Counted from the first letter of the stretch, positions 1 through 11,305 are shown. The stretch is 64,000 nucleotides of DNA from an uncultured Bacilli bacterium (GCA_948999435.1 CARJCM010000001.1:27-64026); one strand, 5' to 3'. The notes: generated by a model from the letters alone, not told the origin. Translations and numbers: made by a program.

Positions 1-679
1 CGCCGTTGTACTCCTGGCCTGTGCCGGGTTTTTTAGTAGGTTTAACATCACTTTTATCTATCATGTTAATAACTTTTAAGTTATCCCCAAAACAAATATT
101 ATTTTCTAGCAAATATTTAAGTTCTAAAACATCATTTTTGCCAAACATAAAAACTTTTTTATAATAAGGGTTATACTTATTATTAAATAAATCATCATCA
201 AGTTTTAAATCATAGTTATGAAGATAAGCTATGGGAATAATACTAATATTTTCATTTTCAATCGCAACATTATAATTTAACAAAAGTTCTTTATAAGTTA
301 GAACTTGATAAGCAGGATGTAAGACATTTTTTTCATGTTTACCAATTAAAGTTCTAACACAAGCATCTTGACTTTTAGAAGTTTTAGCAAATTCCCACTG
401 TTTTAGTTCGATTAAAGCAATAACAGGTTTATGACTTATATCATAGCCGCTTATAACCACATCAATTCTTTTACTAGTAAGAGGAATACCATATTCAATT
501 GTAATACCAGCATTATCAGGAATAACTTCTAGAATATCTTTTAAAAAAGGCAAACTATTCGCCCAACTTTTAATTTGACTAAGTTTAGTTTTTTTATTAA
601 AAGTATCTTTATAAGCATCATAAACTTTATTACTAATAGTTTTATCATCAACATATTTAATAAAATCTTTTTTAATCAT
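1..679 (-). CDS. Hypothetical protein, 5' part only (C-terminus lies beyond the window start). Minus-strand ATG at 679-677; an alternative in-frame ATG at 730.
   Basis: Manual translation of the reverse strand gives an uninterrupted ORF MIKKDFIKYVDDKTISNKVYDAYKDTF...GIPLTSKRIDVVISGYD...IALIELKQWEF... running off the window. No strong SD. Domain identity uncertain (possibly a PD-(D/E)xK/NERD-like N-terminal region of a larger ATPase). Confidence 0.45.
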   Translation of the reverse strand, partial: MIKKDFIKYVDDKTISNKVYDAYKDTFNKKTKLSQIKSWANSLPFLKDILEVIPDNAGITIEYGIPLTSKRIDVVISGYDISHKPVIALIELKQWEFAKTSKSQDACVRTLIGKHEKNVLHPAYQVLTYKELLLNYNVAIENENISIIPIAYLHNYDLKLDDDLFNNKYNPYYKKVFMFGKNDVLELKYLLENNICFGDNLKVINMIDKSDVKPTKKPGTGQEYNG

Positions 680-930
680 AGATAAAAGAATCACAACATC
701 AACTCCAACAAAAAAGGCTAATAAAAACATCTAAGTCTTTACTAGCCCTTAATATCTAAATTATAATAAATAAAATGTAAACATTCAATAGAAGTTTTTA
801 CATTAGACTATTACTTGATAGAATAATAAAGTGTTTTTTAGATAGAGGATAACACTTTCAAAAAGTTTTTGCTTATAAAGGATTTATGAAAAACAAAGAT
901 AAGTAATAGAAAAAGTGAGTAACATCAAAG

Positions 931-2376
931 TTATTCACTTTTAAATTTAATATCAAAATTACTAGGGCCTTCCAGTAAATTACCATCAATATCAAATCTT
1001 GAACCATGGCAATAGCAATCCCAAGTTTGTTCTACTTCATTTAAAGTAATACCACATTTCATATGAGGACATTTGTTTAATACAATATGTTCTATTCCGT
1101 TTTTATCTTTATATATGGCCACATTTTTACCATCTTTTTTAGTGTAGATAACTTTAGAATTATTAACATTATTTTTAGTATTTTTAATTATTGCTTTCAT
1201 ACTCCTTCCAACATCAATTGGAAAACTAATAACCTTACCAATATTAAGAATTCTATGAGGTGAAAATAAATCAATATAAGGGTTAGTATTATCTAAGATA
1301 ATATCGGCAAGTATTTTTCCTGCTAAAGAACCATTAGTAATACCCCAAGTATTATAACCACTAGCAATAAATAAATTTTCATTTTTCTTAAGTCTTCCAA
1401 TAAAAGGCATACTATCATTAGTAATAATATCTTTATTAGTCCATATATAATCAAAAGGCCCTTTAGTATTTAGAATATCAAAATTATGTTTAACATCGTT
1501 AATATTACAAGATTTAAAAGATTGATATAAATATATTAAATATTTATTTTGATAAGTTCTAAGAGATATACAAGGTTTATCCAAATTTATAGCATTAAAA
1601 TTACTTTTAAAGTTGCCTTTTTTAACACCGATATAAGATGTTTCAATTGATGATTTTAAAGGCATAAGAAAAGGAATAATAAAGTAAGGATAATGAGTAG
1701 CAATAACCACATATTTAGCTTTTACTATATAGTCATTAATTAAACATTCATAGTAGTCATTTACTTTATTAATACTAACAAGTTTAGAATGTTCATAAAT
1801 ATTATTTTTAAATTTATCTTTTAAAGCATTAATATATTTTAAAGGATGAAATGTATAAGTATCATTAACTCTTAGTGCTTCTAAGACTTTATCATCAAAA
1901 GGAACATCTGTTACCTTTTCTACATTAACGCCATTATTTTTTAAAAATATAAATTCATCATTTAATTTTTTTAAGCTTCTATTTTCATTAACAAAAAGGT
2001 AAGAAGGACTTAATTCTAAATCACAAGAAATATTTTCTTTGTTTATAATATCTACAAGTAATTTAACAGCATCTCTTTGACTTTTTAGATATAAAGAAGC
2101 TGTTTCTTCATTAATAAATGTTTTAATATTTTGATATTGTTTTTCTTGTAAATAAGTTATTTTAGCAGTACTTTTACTAGTTACACCATGGCCACAAACA
2201 TTACTTTCTACTAAAATTGTTTTAAATTTAGATTTATTTAGATGATATAAAAGAGACATTCCGGTTATACCACCACCAACAATTAAAACATCAATATTCA
2301 TATTTTTATTTATAGAAGCACAATTATTATTATCAATATTATTTTTCCAAAAACTATAATTTTCCATAAGCATCAA
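931..2376 (-). CDS. FAD-dependent oxidoreductase with C-terminal Rieske [2Fe-2S] domain (YhfW-like)
   Basis: N-terminal dinucleotide-binding motif VLIVGGGITGMS; C-terminal CxH...CxxH Rieske pattern (CPHMKCG ... CYCHGSRFD). Confidence 0.75.
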   Translation of the reverse strand: MMLMENYSFWKNNIDNNNCASINKNMNIDVLIVGGGITGMSLLYHLNKSKFKTILVESNVCGHGVTSKSTAKITYLQEKQYQNIKTFINEETASLYLKSQRDAVKLLVDIINKENISCDLELSPSYLFVNENRSLKKLNDEFIFLKNNGVNVEKVTDVPFDDKVLEALRVNDTYTFHPLKYINALKDKFKNNIYEHSKLVSINKVNDYYECLINDYIVKAKYVVIATHYPYFIIPFLMPLKSSIETSYIGVKKGNFKSNFNAINLDKPCISLRTYQNKYLIYLYQSFKSCNINDVKHNFDILNTKGPFDYIWTNKDIITNDSMPFIGRLKKNENLFIASGYNTWGITNGSLAGKILADIILDNTNPYIDLFSPHRILNIGKVISFPIDVGRSMKAIIKNTKNNVNNSKVIYTKKDGKNVAIYKDKNGIEHIVLNKCPHMKCGITLNEVEQTWDCYCHGSRFDIDGNLLEGPSNFDIKFKSE

Positions 2377-2465
2377 TACTAATATGAGTAAAATAAGTAA
2401 TTTTATGTATAAATAGCTTGATTTTTAAACAAATATTTGGTATTCTAAATATGTTTAAAAGACAT

Positions 2466-2542
2466 GCCGGAATTGGTGAAGCGGTTAACACGGCAGATTG
2501 TGGCTCTGTTACGCATGGGTTCGAATCCCATATTTCGGCCCA
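2466..2542 (+). tRNA. tRNA-His (anticodon GTG)
   Basis: Cloverleaf readable by eye. G-1 pairs with discriminator C73. Acceptor stem CCGGAAT/ATTTCGG. Anticodon loop TTGTGGC. T-arm ATGGG-TTCGAAT-CCCAT. Encoded CCA. Confidence 0.75.
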
Positions 2543-2608
2543 CTTAAGGTAATATAAATCTCACAAATATGTGAGATTTTTTCATAAACTAAAGAAAAGA
2601 GGAAATAT

Positions 2609-3256
2609 ATGAACAAAATATTTTTATATTTATATCCTATAGAAGAATATACAAAAATGTTTTTGTTTTCAAATGATGAAATTTATGATAATTTTGGTAT
2701 AGAAAAACCCCTTCCAATTTTAAACGATTGTATAGAAAAAAGATATCGCAGTAAAGGATATCAAATAGTATTTGTTTTATATCCAAATAAAAAAATGTTT
2801 GGTATTAGACCAAAAGCAAAAGATAAAATAATATATACAGATATAGCATTTGAAGACAATAATGCTTACGACGAAAATGGTAAAGAAAAAATAAACTTCA
2901 CACCTAAATATCTAAACGTATCAACATTGTTATCAAAGCTAGGACAAATAGATGAATTAGTATTAGGAGGATATCACTTTGCTGATTGTGTTAAAAGAGT
3001 AGGAGAAGAAGCTATTATTTTAGGAATTGATACAACAGTTGATTTAGATTTAACAGATTTGTTTTTTTCATTATATAAAGTAAAAGATTATTTTAATATA
3101 GATAGTTATAATCCAGAAAGATATAAAAAGTATTGGCAACAGCAAATTATTTTTGAAGGAGAAAATAAAGATTTTGTAGAAAAACGATTTCAAACGCTAT
3201 ATGGTAGTCCAGTATATAAATTTTATTCTGAAGAGAAGTCAAAGATTAGCAGATAA
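2609..3256 (+). CDS. Hypothetical protein with isochorismatase/cysteine-hydrolase-like C-terminal signature (tentative)
   Basis: The segment ELVLGGYHFADCVKRVGEEAIILGIDTTVD resembles the catalytic-cysteine region of isochorismatase/nicotinamidase-family hydrolases (hhhGh.t..CV...a...G..V.vv.D). The N-terminal Asp motif is not obvious. RBS AGAGGA upstream. Confidence 0.4.
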   Translation: MNKIFLYLYPIEEYTKMFLFSNDEIYDNFGIEKPLPILNDCIEKRYRSKGYQIVFVLYPNKKMFGIRPKAKDKIIYTDIAFEDNNAYDENGKEKINFTPKYLNVSTLLSKLGQIDELVLGGYHFADCVKRVGEEAIILGIDTTVDLDLTDLFFSLYKVKDYFNIDSYNPERYKKYWQQQIIFEGENKDFVEKRFQTLYGSPVYKFYSEEKSKISR

Positions 3257-3289
3257 TAAAAATAAATATTAAAAAAGAATAGGAGTAGT

Positions 3290-4894
3290 ATGAAAAAACA
3301 ATTTAAAAAAATAATTAAATCATCAATATTAGAAGACAATTTATATAAAATAACACGAGAAACATTTGATAATATCCCATTAAAAGATTATTTTTATGAC
3401 AAATATAATTTAAATATAAAATTTAACAGCAACGAGTTTTTAAATGAAAATAAAGAACAAATAATAAATAAAGTTAGAATTAAAATTAACAATATGATAG
3501 AAGGTATAGAATCCAGAAGTTTTAGACTAGAAAAAATAAAAGCCGAAGGAATACCGAAAGATAATAATGATATAGAGATTATTTTAACAAAAGAACGTGA
3601 GTGGGAACACGAAAAACCTCGGAAAAAGGCTTTAAAAGTATATCTTAATTTTTCACTACCAGCTAAAAAAATAAATATTGAGAGAATTATTGATACTATA
3701 GATTACAATGAAAGTGGAATATATATTGATGAGAGAAATAGAAATAAAGAATTTTATAATAATTTATTATTAAAAAAATATAAGAATGAAAGAATAAGTA
3801 TCGAAAGTTTAACTCAAAAAGAATGGCTACAACTTATATTAAAAGAAAAAGTAACAAATGAAGACCTAGAAAAATTATATGAAATTCCCATATCAGAAGT
3901 AAAAAAGTATCGTAAAAAATATATTCCAAGCATAAAAAAATATGCAGATGAATACGTATTTTATTTCCATATTCTAATGGAAATACCAGAAGAAGTAGAA
4001 TGTTGTAATTTTTGTATAATAGATTTAGAATATGCTAAAAAAAATGGGATAGAAATAATATACGAATATGAAAATAATGAATATCATGAATTATTTAATG
4101 TTGATGAAGAAATTAAAAAGCAAAAAGAAATAGAAGAAAACAATTTAAAAGGTCAAAAATACGAAATACCTCTCACAGGAATTATTTTAAAGAAAATGTA
4201 TGAAGCAATTATTAATAATAAATTAGACAAGAAGATTTTAAAAAGTGACAGCTTTCTAATGATTTATGGTGAAAATTTCTTAAAAAGTCGAGCTAAGCAT
4301 ATTAAACCTTTAATTGATTTATATGAAGAAGGAGACATATACAAGTTACCTAGTTTTACTTCTTATCAAAAACTATATAAAATGGCTAAACTAGAATTAA
4401 CAAAGGAAAACAATTTAACGTTAACAAATGATGGCAAACTAGTTAATCATGTGTCCAAAAGTAAAGAAAAACAACCAATTAAGCCTAAAAACTATATTGA
4501 AATAAATAATATAAAAATAAAAAATGGCGACAAGGCACAAGATATTATATATAAATATGAATGTGAGAAATTAAAAGATTTTCCAAAGTTAGTGAAAAAG
4601 ATAGAGAAAAAGTATCTGACTGATGAAGGATGCGGTTACGATATAAAAAGCTATGATTTAAATGGTAATGAAATACATATTGAAGTAAAGTCATTTAAAA
4701 TTAAAAGTGATAAAAAAATAGTCTTTAATATATCAGCAAACGAAGATAAAGAACTTATGGAAAATAAAAATGCTTATATATATTATCTTTTTAATAATTT
4801 TAGTAGTTTAAGAATAATAACCCATGAACAATATATTAAATATGCCAAAAAAATTACAGGTTACAAAATTGAACAAGATATAATTGAAGAATAA
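3290..4894 (+). CDS. DUF3883-domain protein (PD-(D/E)xK-like C-terminal domain); N-terminal ~400 aa of unknown function
   Basis: C-terminal GCGYDIKSYDLNGNEIHIEVKSFKIKSDKKIVFNISANEDKELMENKNAYIYYLFNN matches the GYDI...IEVK...S..E...Y.y signature of DUF3883. RBS AGGAG 8 nt upstream of ATG. Confidence 0.6.
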   Translation: MKKQFKKIIKSSILEDNLYKITRETFDNIPLKDYFYDKYNLNIKFNSNEFLNENKEQIINKVRIKINNMIEGIESRSFRLEKIKAEGIPKDNNDIEIILTKEREWEHEKPRKKALKVYLNFSLPAKKINIERIIDTIDYNESGIYIDERNRNKEFYNNLLLKKYKNERISIESLTQKEWLQLILKEKVTNEDLEKLYEIPISEVKKYRKKYIPSIKKYADEYVFYFHILMEIPEEVECCNFCIIDLEYAKKNGIEIIYEYENNEYHELFNVDEEIKKQKEIEENNLKGQKYEIPLTGIILKKMYEAIINNKLDKKILKSDSFLMIYGENFLKSRAKHIKPLIDLYEEGDIYKLPSFTSYQKLYKMAKLELTKENNLTLTNDGKLVNHVSKSKEKQPIKPKNYIEINNIKIKNGDKAQDIIYKYECEKLKDFPKLVKKIEKKYLTDEGCGYDIKSYDLNGNEIHIEVKSFKIKSDKKIVFNISANEDKELMENKNAYIYYLFNNFSSLRIITHEQYIKYAKKITGYKIEQDIIEE

Positions 4895-4937
4895 CAAAAC
4901 TAAAAGTCTCCACACTATATATAAGGAGATTTTTTTA

Positions 4938-6329
4938 ATGAATAAATTAACTAAATATAATAAAAAAAGAGATTTTAATAAGACAAGTGAACCCAAAGGA
5001 ATAGAAAAGAAAGGGCATAAAAAATTAATTTTTTGTGTTCAACATCACTTAGCGAGAAAAGACCATTATGATTTTAGGTTAGAACTAAATGGAGTATTAC
5101 TTAGTTGGGCAGTACCAAAAGGCCCAAGTTATAACCCTAAAGAAAAAAGACTCGCTGTTCATGTAGAAGACCATCCTTATGATTACAGAAATTTTGAAGG
5201 TGTAATACCAAAAGGTGAATATGGAGGTGGAGTTGTTCAATTATGGGATAAAGGTGAATGGCTACCTATTGAAAATCCAAACGAAACATATAAAAAAGGC
5301 TATTTAAAATTTATATTAAAAGGAAGTAGACTAAAAGGAGCATGGACTTTAATTCATTTTAAAGAAAACAATTGGCTATTGATAAAAGAAAAAGATAATA
5401 TCAAAGGGTTTAAAGATATTAATAGATATAAAACAAGTATAAAAACCGGAAGAACCATAGAAGAGATTGAAAGAAATATTAAAATAAATAAAAAGGATAA
5501 AAAAGAAGAAATAAATATTACGCATCCTGAAAAAATAATTTACAAGAATCCTAAGATAACGAAAGGTGAAGTAATAGAATACTATGAATTAGTAGCAAGT
5601 AGAATGCTACCATATATTAAAAATAGAATATTAAGTACTAAAAGATGTCCTGAAGGTATAGATGGTAATATATTTTTTAAAAAGCATTTGGAACCTAATA
5701 GAGATGGTATAAAAATGATTAAATTACCAAGTTCAAAAGATAAAAAAGATGATTACTATTATATTGTAAATAAAAAAGGTTTATTAAATGAAGCTAATAT
5801 GAACAGTATTGAGTTTCATGTATGGGGAAGTACTGTAAAGAAAATAGATAGTCCTGATATAATGGTATTTGACTTAGACCCAGATGAATCATTAAATATA
5901 GATAAAGTGAGAGGTGGTGTCAAAGATTTAAAAAAAATATTAGATGAATTAAAATTAAAGTCTTACTTAAAAACGAGTGGCGGCAAAGGATATCATATTG
6001 TAGTACCTATAAAAAATAAAATCAGTTGGTTAGAATTTAGGGATATTGCTAAAAATATAGCCAAGCTTATGGAAAATAAATGGCCAAATAAATACACAAG
6101 TAATATGCGAATGGAAAAAAGAAAAGGTAAAATATTTATAGATTGGGTTCGCAATACCAAAGGAGCTACAAGTATCGCTCCATATTCCTTAAGAGCAAGA
6201 AAAAATGCACCTATATCCATACCTATAAAATGGAGTGAATTAGATAAAATAAAGCCAAATGAAATAACTATCAAAGAAGCAGTTAAAAGATTACAAAGAA
6301 AAGATCCTTGGGAAGATTTCTTTACATAA
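4938..6329 (+). CDS. LigD-like 3'-phosphoesterase (PE) + primase-polymerase (PolDom) protein lacking a ligase domain
   Basis: N-terminal KRDFNKTSEPKG...FCVQHHLARKDHYDFRLE...VPKGPS...HVEDHPYDY...GEYGGG is the LigD PE domain. C-terminal FHVWGS...MVFDLDPDE...KTSGGKGYHIVVP is the LigD PolDom/AEP primase-polymerase. Start corrected to the ATG at 4938 (AAGGAG RBS); the track ORF begins at 4884. Confidence 0.8.
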   Translation: MNKLTKYNKKRDFNKTSEPKGIEKKGHKKLIFCVQHHLARKDHYDFRLELNGVLLSWAVPKGPSYNPKEKRLAVHVEDHPYDYRNFEGVIPKGEYGGGVVQLWDKGEWLPIENPNETYKKGYLKFILKGSRLKGAWTLIHFKENNWLLIKEKDNIKGFKDINRYKTSIKTGRTIEEIERNIKINKKDKKEEINITHPEKIIYKNPKITKGEVIEYYELVASRMLPYIKNRILSTKRCPEGIDGNIFFKKHLEPNRDGIKMIKLPSSKDKKDDYYYIVNKKGLLNEANMNSIEFHVWGSTVKKIDSPDIMVFDLDPDESLNIDKVRGGVKDLKKILDELKLKSYLKTSGGKGYHIVVPIKNKISWLEFRDIAKNIAKLMENKWPNKYTSNMRMEKRKGKIFIDWVRNTKGATSIAPYSLRARKNAPISIPIKWSELDKIKPNEITIKEAVKRLQRKDPWEDFFT

Positions 6330-6393
6330 TTATATTAATTTAATTGATAATATAATTAAAATCTTTTATAATTAAATAAAGGGTAGTGATACT

Positions 6394-6936
6394 ATGAAAA
6401 AAACAGGAATAGTTTTACTTAAAATTCTATTAGGATTAATGGAAACAATTTTAATTCTTGTAATAGTAATAAATATTTTGTTAATATTATCTGATAAAGT
6501 ATTAAAAAAACCCTACCCATCCATAATGGATTATACATATCTAACTATTAAGAAGAGTGATAAATATTTAGGTATAAATAAAGGAGACTTGCTTATTCTT
6601 GATATCAGAAAAGCTTTTAAGAGTAATGATATAGTATATTATAGAGATTACGACGAATATAAACTTGGAAAAATAGAAGAAATAATTGTAGAAAATGTTT
6701 TAGTTAAAAATGACGAATTAGAAGAAAATACAACTAAAGGTTTAGTAGAAGGAACATTAATCATAACTATTAAAAAACTAGGAACTTATGTAAGTATGAT
6801 ATTTCAACCTATATCATTAGCTATATCAATAGTTATATTAACGATAGTAACTATTTTCCAAAACTTTATAAGCAAAAAAACAAAGCAAGGAAAAGATGAA
6901 AAGCCAGACTTTAAAAAAATGAAACATTATAACTAA
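6394..6936 (+). CDS. SipW-like (ER-type S26 signal peptidase fold) membrane protein; catalytic Ser not evident
   Basis: N- and C-terminal TM segments. PSIMDYT...NKGDLLILD aligns with SipW VSGSMEP...NVGDLILVR, but the nucleophile Ser position reads Ile. Confidence 0.35.
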   Translation: MKKTGIVLLKILLGLMETILILVIVINILLILSDKVLKKPYPSIMDYTYLTIKKSDKYLGINKGDLLILDIRKAFKSNDIVYYRDYDEYKLGKIEEIIVENVLVKNDELEENTTKGLVEGTLIITIKKLGTYVSMIFQPISLAISIVILTIVTIFQNFISKKTKQGKDEKPDFKKMKHYN

Positions 6937-7006
6937 ATTATAAATTAGTTGTACTTTTTATTAGTTTTATGTTATAATCTTACTTGTAAAAAAGGAATGA
7001 TTATAA

Positions 7007-7225
7007 ATGTTAGAAACAATTTTATTAATAGTATCAATACTAATTATCGCTGTAGTATTATTACAAGGAAGTAAAGCCAGTGATGGAAGCCAAATATTAA
7101 GTGGTGGAAATGATGCATTATTTCAAAATATGAAAGAAAGAGGATTTGAACTTTTCATAAGTAGATTTACTTTAGTATTAGGCTTTGTATTCTTTATTAT
7201 TTCATTAATACTATTCTTAAAATAA
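7007..7225 (+). CDS. secG: Preprotein translocase subunit SecG
   Basis: 72-aa two-TM protein with the conserved VLLQ(G)SKA..G...GG... core. Confidence 0.85.
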   Translation: MLETILLIVSILIIAVVLLQGSKASDGSQILSGGNDALFQNMKERGFELFISRFTLVLGFVFFIISLILFLK

Positions 7226-7261
7226 AAAATCAACGTTTAAAATGCGGTTGATTTTTTTTTA
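7225..7261 (+). terminator. Rho-independent terminator after secG
   Basis: Hairpin AATCAAC-loop-GTTGATT followed by a T9 run. Confidence 0.7.
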
Positions 7262-7284
7262 TTAATGCATTTTTATTAAAAACA

Positions 7285-7313
7285 TTGACAATTCAAGCAT
7301 TTAATAATATTCT
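7285..7313 (+). promoter_or_regulatory. Putative sigma-A promoter of the cas operon (TTGACA-N17-TATTCT)
   Basis: Consensus -35 hexamer with 17-nt spacer, ~25 nt upstream of the cas6 RBS. Confidence 0.35.
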
Positions 7314-7337
7314 ATAGCTAGAAAGGAGAAATGTATA

Positions 7338-8060
7338 ATGAAGATAAACTTATATTTCAGTTTAAAGAATAATGTAATATCTATAGATTATAGTAAATTT
7401 ATAGTATCTTACATAAAGCAGTGCTTATTTTTATATGACAAAAAACTATATAAAAAATGGTATGAAGGCAAAAATGAAATCAAACCGTTTACATTTTCTG
7501 TATACTTTAACAATCCAGTATTTAAAGGTGAAAAAATTATATTAGGAAATAAAGATATGATAGTATATTTTAAAATGCCAATTAGCGAAGATACAATAAG
7601 ACTATATAATGCATTTTTAGCAAGATTTAAAAATAAAGAAGAATTTAAAATAACTGATAATAGTATGTTATTAACTCATTTATATTCTGAGGTTTTAAAA
7701 GAATTTGAAGATAACCATCTAATAATTAAAATGAATAGTCCTTTAATAGCAAGAAATCACGACAGACAAACAAACAAAAATAAGTATTATTTAGCTACAG
7801 ATTCTGAGTTTAAGGAAACTATCAAAATAAATATATCTAATGTTATAGAAAGACTTAATCTTGATTTATCTTTAGAAGACTTTGAAATAAACCCTTTAAA
7901 AACTACTAAAACAGTAGTAAGACTTTATGGTTCAATGATTCAAGGTTCATTAGGTATTTTTGAATTAAAAGGAAATAAAGAATTATTAAATTTCTTATAT
8001 CAAACAGGAATTGGATCCGCAAGATCATCAGGATATGGTACCTTTAGCATCATCAAGTAG
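7338..8060 (+). CDS. cas6: Cas6 endoribonuclease (type I-B)
   Basis: C-terminal glycine-rich loop GIGSARSSGYGTF. First gene of the I-B operon. Confidence 0.85.
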   Translation: MKINLYFSLKNNVISIDYSKFIVSYIKQCLFLYDKKLYKKWYEGKNEIKPFTFSVYFNNPVFKGEKIILGNKDMIVYFKMPISEDTIRLYNAFLARFKNKEEFKITDNSMLLTHLYSEVLKEFEDNHLIIKMNSPLIARNHDRQTNKNKYYLATDSEFKETIKINISNVIERLNLDLSLEDFEINPLKTTKTVVRLYGSMIQGSLGIFELKGNKELLNFLYQTGIGSARSSGYGTFSIIK

Positions 8061-8072
8061 AAAGGAGAGAGT

Positions 8073-9615
8073 ATGAAAGAAATAGAATTTGAATTACAAG
8101 ATTTCTGCATTAATGCTGGAATAGTAGGATTATGCGAAATGCTAAATCTTGCTGACCCCAAAAAACAAAATTATAGAATAGAAGAAAATAAATTATGTGT
8201 TGAAAAAGATTGGTTTATTTCTCTAGATTTAGCAAGTTTATATTTTAAAGCATTAGCTAAGAAATTTTATAAAATATGTCCTTTATCAAAAACGATTAAA
8301 AGCTTAGAAATATTAAAAAATAGTGAACAAGATTCTAAAAGTCTTAAAGATAGTATAAAGAAAATAGAAAATTCCTTGACATCAAATCGTTATAAATCAG
8401 CTAGTGAGCTAATAAAAAAAGAAATAGATTTTAACTTATATGAAGATTTAAAGATACTTAAACTTTCAACAAAAGAAAATTATATAGATGATATAAAAAA
8501 AGTATTAAAAGACTTAGAAAATGAAAAGCTTAAAAATATATTTCTAATTAAAGATATAATATATTTGATAATAAAATATTTTTGGAACGATGTAAGCTTC
8601 TTAAACAGACAAAATAGTGCTAAAGATCCTAAAGAAGAATTTTTTAAAACATTTGAAAAACCGTTTAAAGAATATTTAAAAGAAGAGCCTACAGGAAAAG
8701 AATATTGTATTGAGTGTGGTTTGCCAATTAAAGGTGACTTTAAAATGAAAACATCATATATAAATTCTTTATCTGAAGACTTTGCGCGCAAAAATAGTAA
8801 TTATTGGAATTTCAAACCAAATTGCTATGTTTGTCCAAAATGCAATTTCTTATTTGGCTTAATGCCATTAGGTTTCTTGCCATATGGAAATAATTTTGTA
8901 TTTGTAAATAATAATACATCATTAGATACATTAATTAATTCCAATAAAGTATCATTATTAGAAGATAGTAATTTAAGTTATTATCAGCAATATAATAATG
9001 TATTACAAAATATATCCAAAAGTAATTTAAATAAATTAGAAAACTTAGAAGTTATAACAAATCTTGTTGACTTAGAAAGATATAAGTTTGATATTATATC
9101 TAAAACAATACTTTTAAAAATCAAGAATAATGAAAAAGATTTAAAAACAATAAGTAAATTAGGAGTAATAAATCATAATAAAGAATTTATAAACGTTTAT
9201 GATGAAGTCATGTCAAGAATTTTTGACAATAGAAGTTTATACCCCTTATTACATAATTTATTACTAATGAGTATAAATACGAATAAAGCCAAAGTGTATT
9301 GCAAGTATATATATAAAATAGAAAATGGAGGTAAAGAAGTGAAAGATTATTGGAAAGTTCGCGAAGCTGGTGAAAAAATGTGTATAACTTTAAAACAGCA
9401 AAAAAGTGGCAGAATCGAAGGGTTATGTTATGATATTGCCAACATGATTGCAAATAATAAAGCAAATGAGTTATATAATTTAGTATTTAATTTATCAGTA
9501 AAAACAGGAGTTGCATTCCCTATAGAGATGTATGAAATAATTGAAGATAAAAATAAAATAAAACTTGTTGGATATGCATTTGCTACAGGTTTTATCGCAG
9601 GAAAGGATGATAAAG

Positions 9616-9626
<11 letters not shown>
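8073..9626 (+). CDS. cas8b: Cas8b (Csh1) large subunit, type I-B
   Basis: 517-aa protein between cas6 and cas7. Cys-rich zinc-finger-like segment CIECG...CYVCPKC typical of Cas8b. Confidence 0.8.
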
Positions 9627-11173
<1,547 letters not shown>

Positions 11174-11178
11174 AGCAT

Positions 11179-11220
11179 CTGTCGACCATAAAAGATGTAA
11201 AAAAACTTAGGAATCGACAG
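11179..11220 (+). promoter_or_regulatory. CRISPR leader motif copy 1 (CTGTCGACC-N-TCGACAG imperfect palindrome)
   Basis: CTGTCGACCATAAAAGATGTAAAAAAACTTAGGAATCGACAG, ~85 nt upstream of array 1. It recurs upstream of array 2. Confidence 0.6.
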
Positions 11221-11305
11221 AGAAACTATTAAAAATAAACTTAAAAATACATAAAAGTATGAAAAGTTATCATGGCATTTATATATTTTACTAGTTAAAA
11301 CACCT

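Noticed and set aside
4808-6274. Minus-strand ORFs 4808..4996 and 5993..6274
   Set aside because: Antisense to well-supported + strand genes (DUF3883 protein, PE-Pol). Hydrophobic low-complexity translations typical of AT-rich shadow ORFs.
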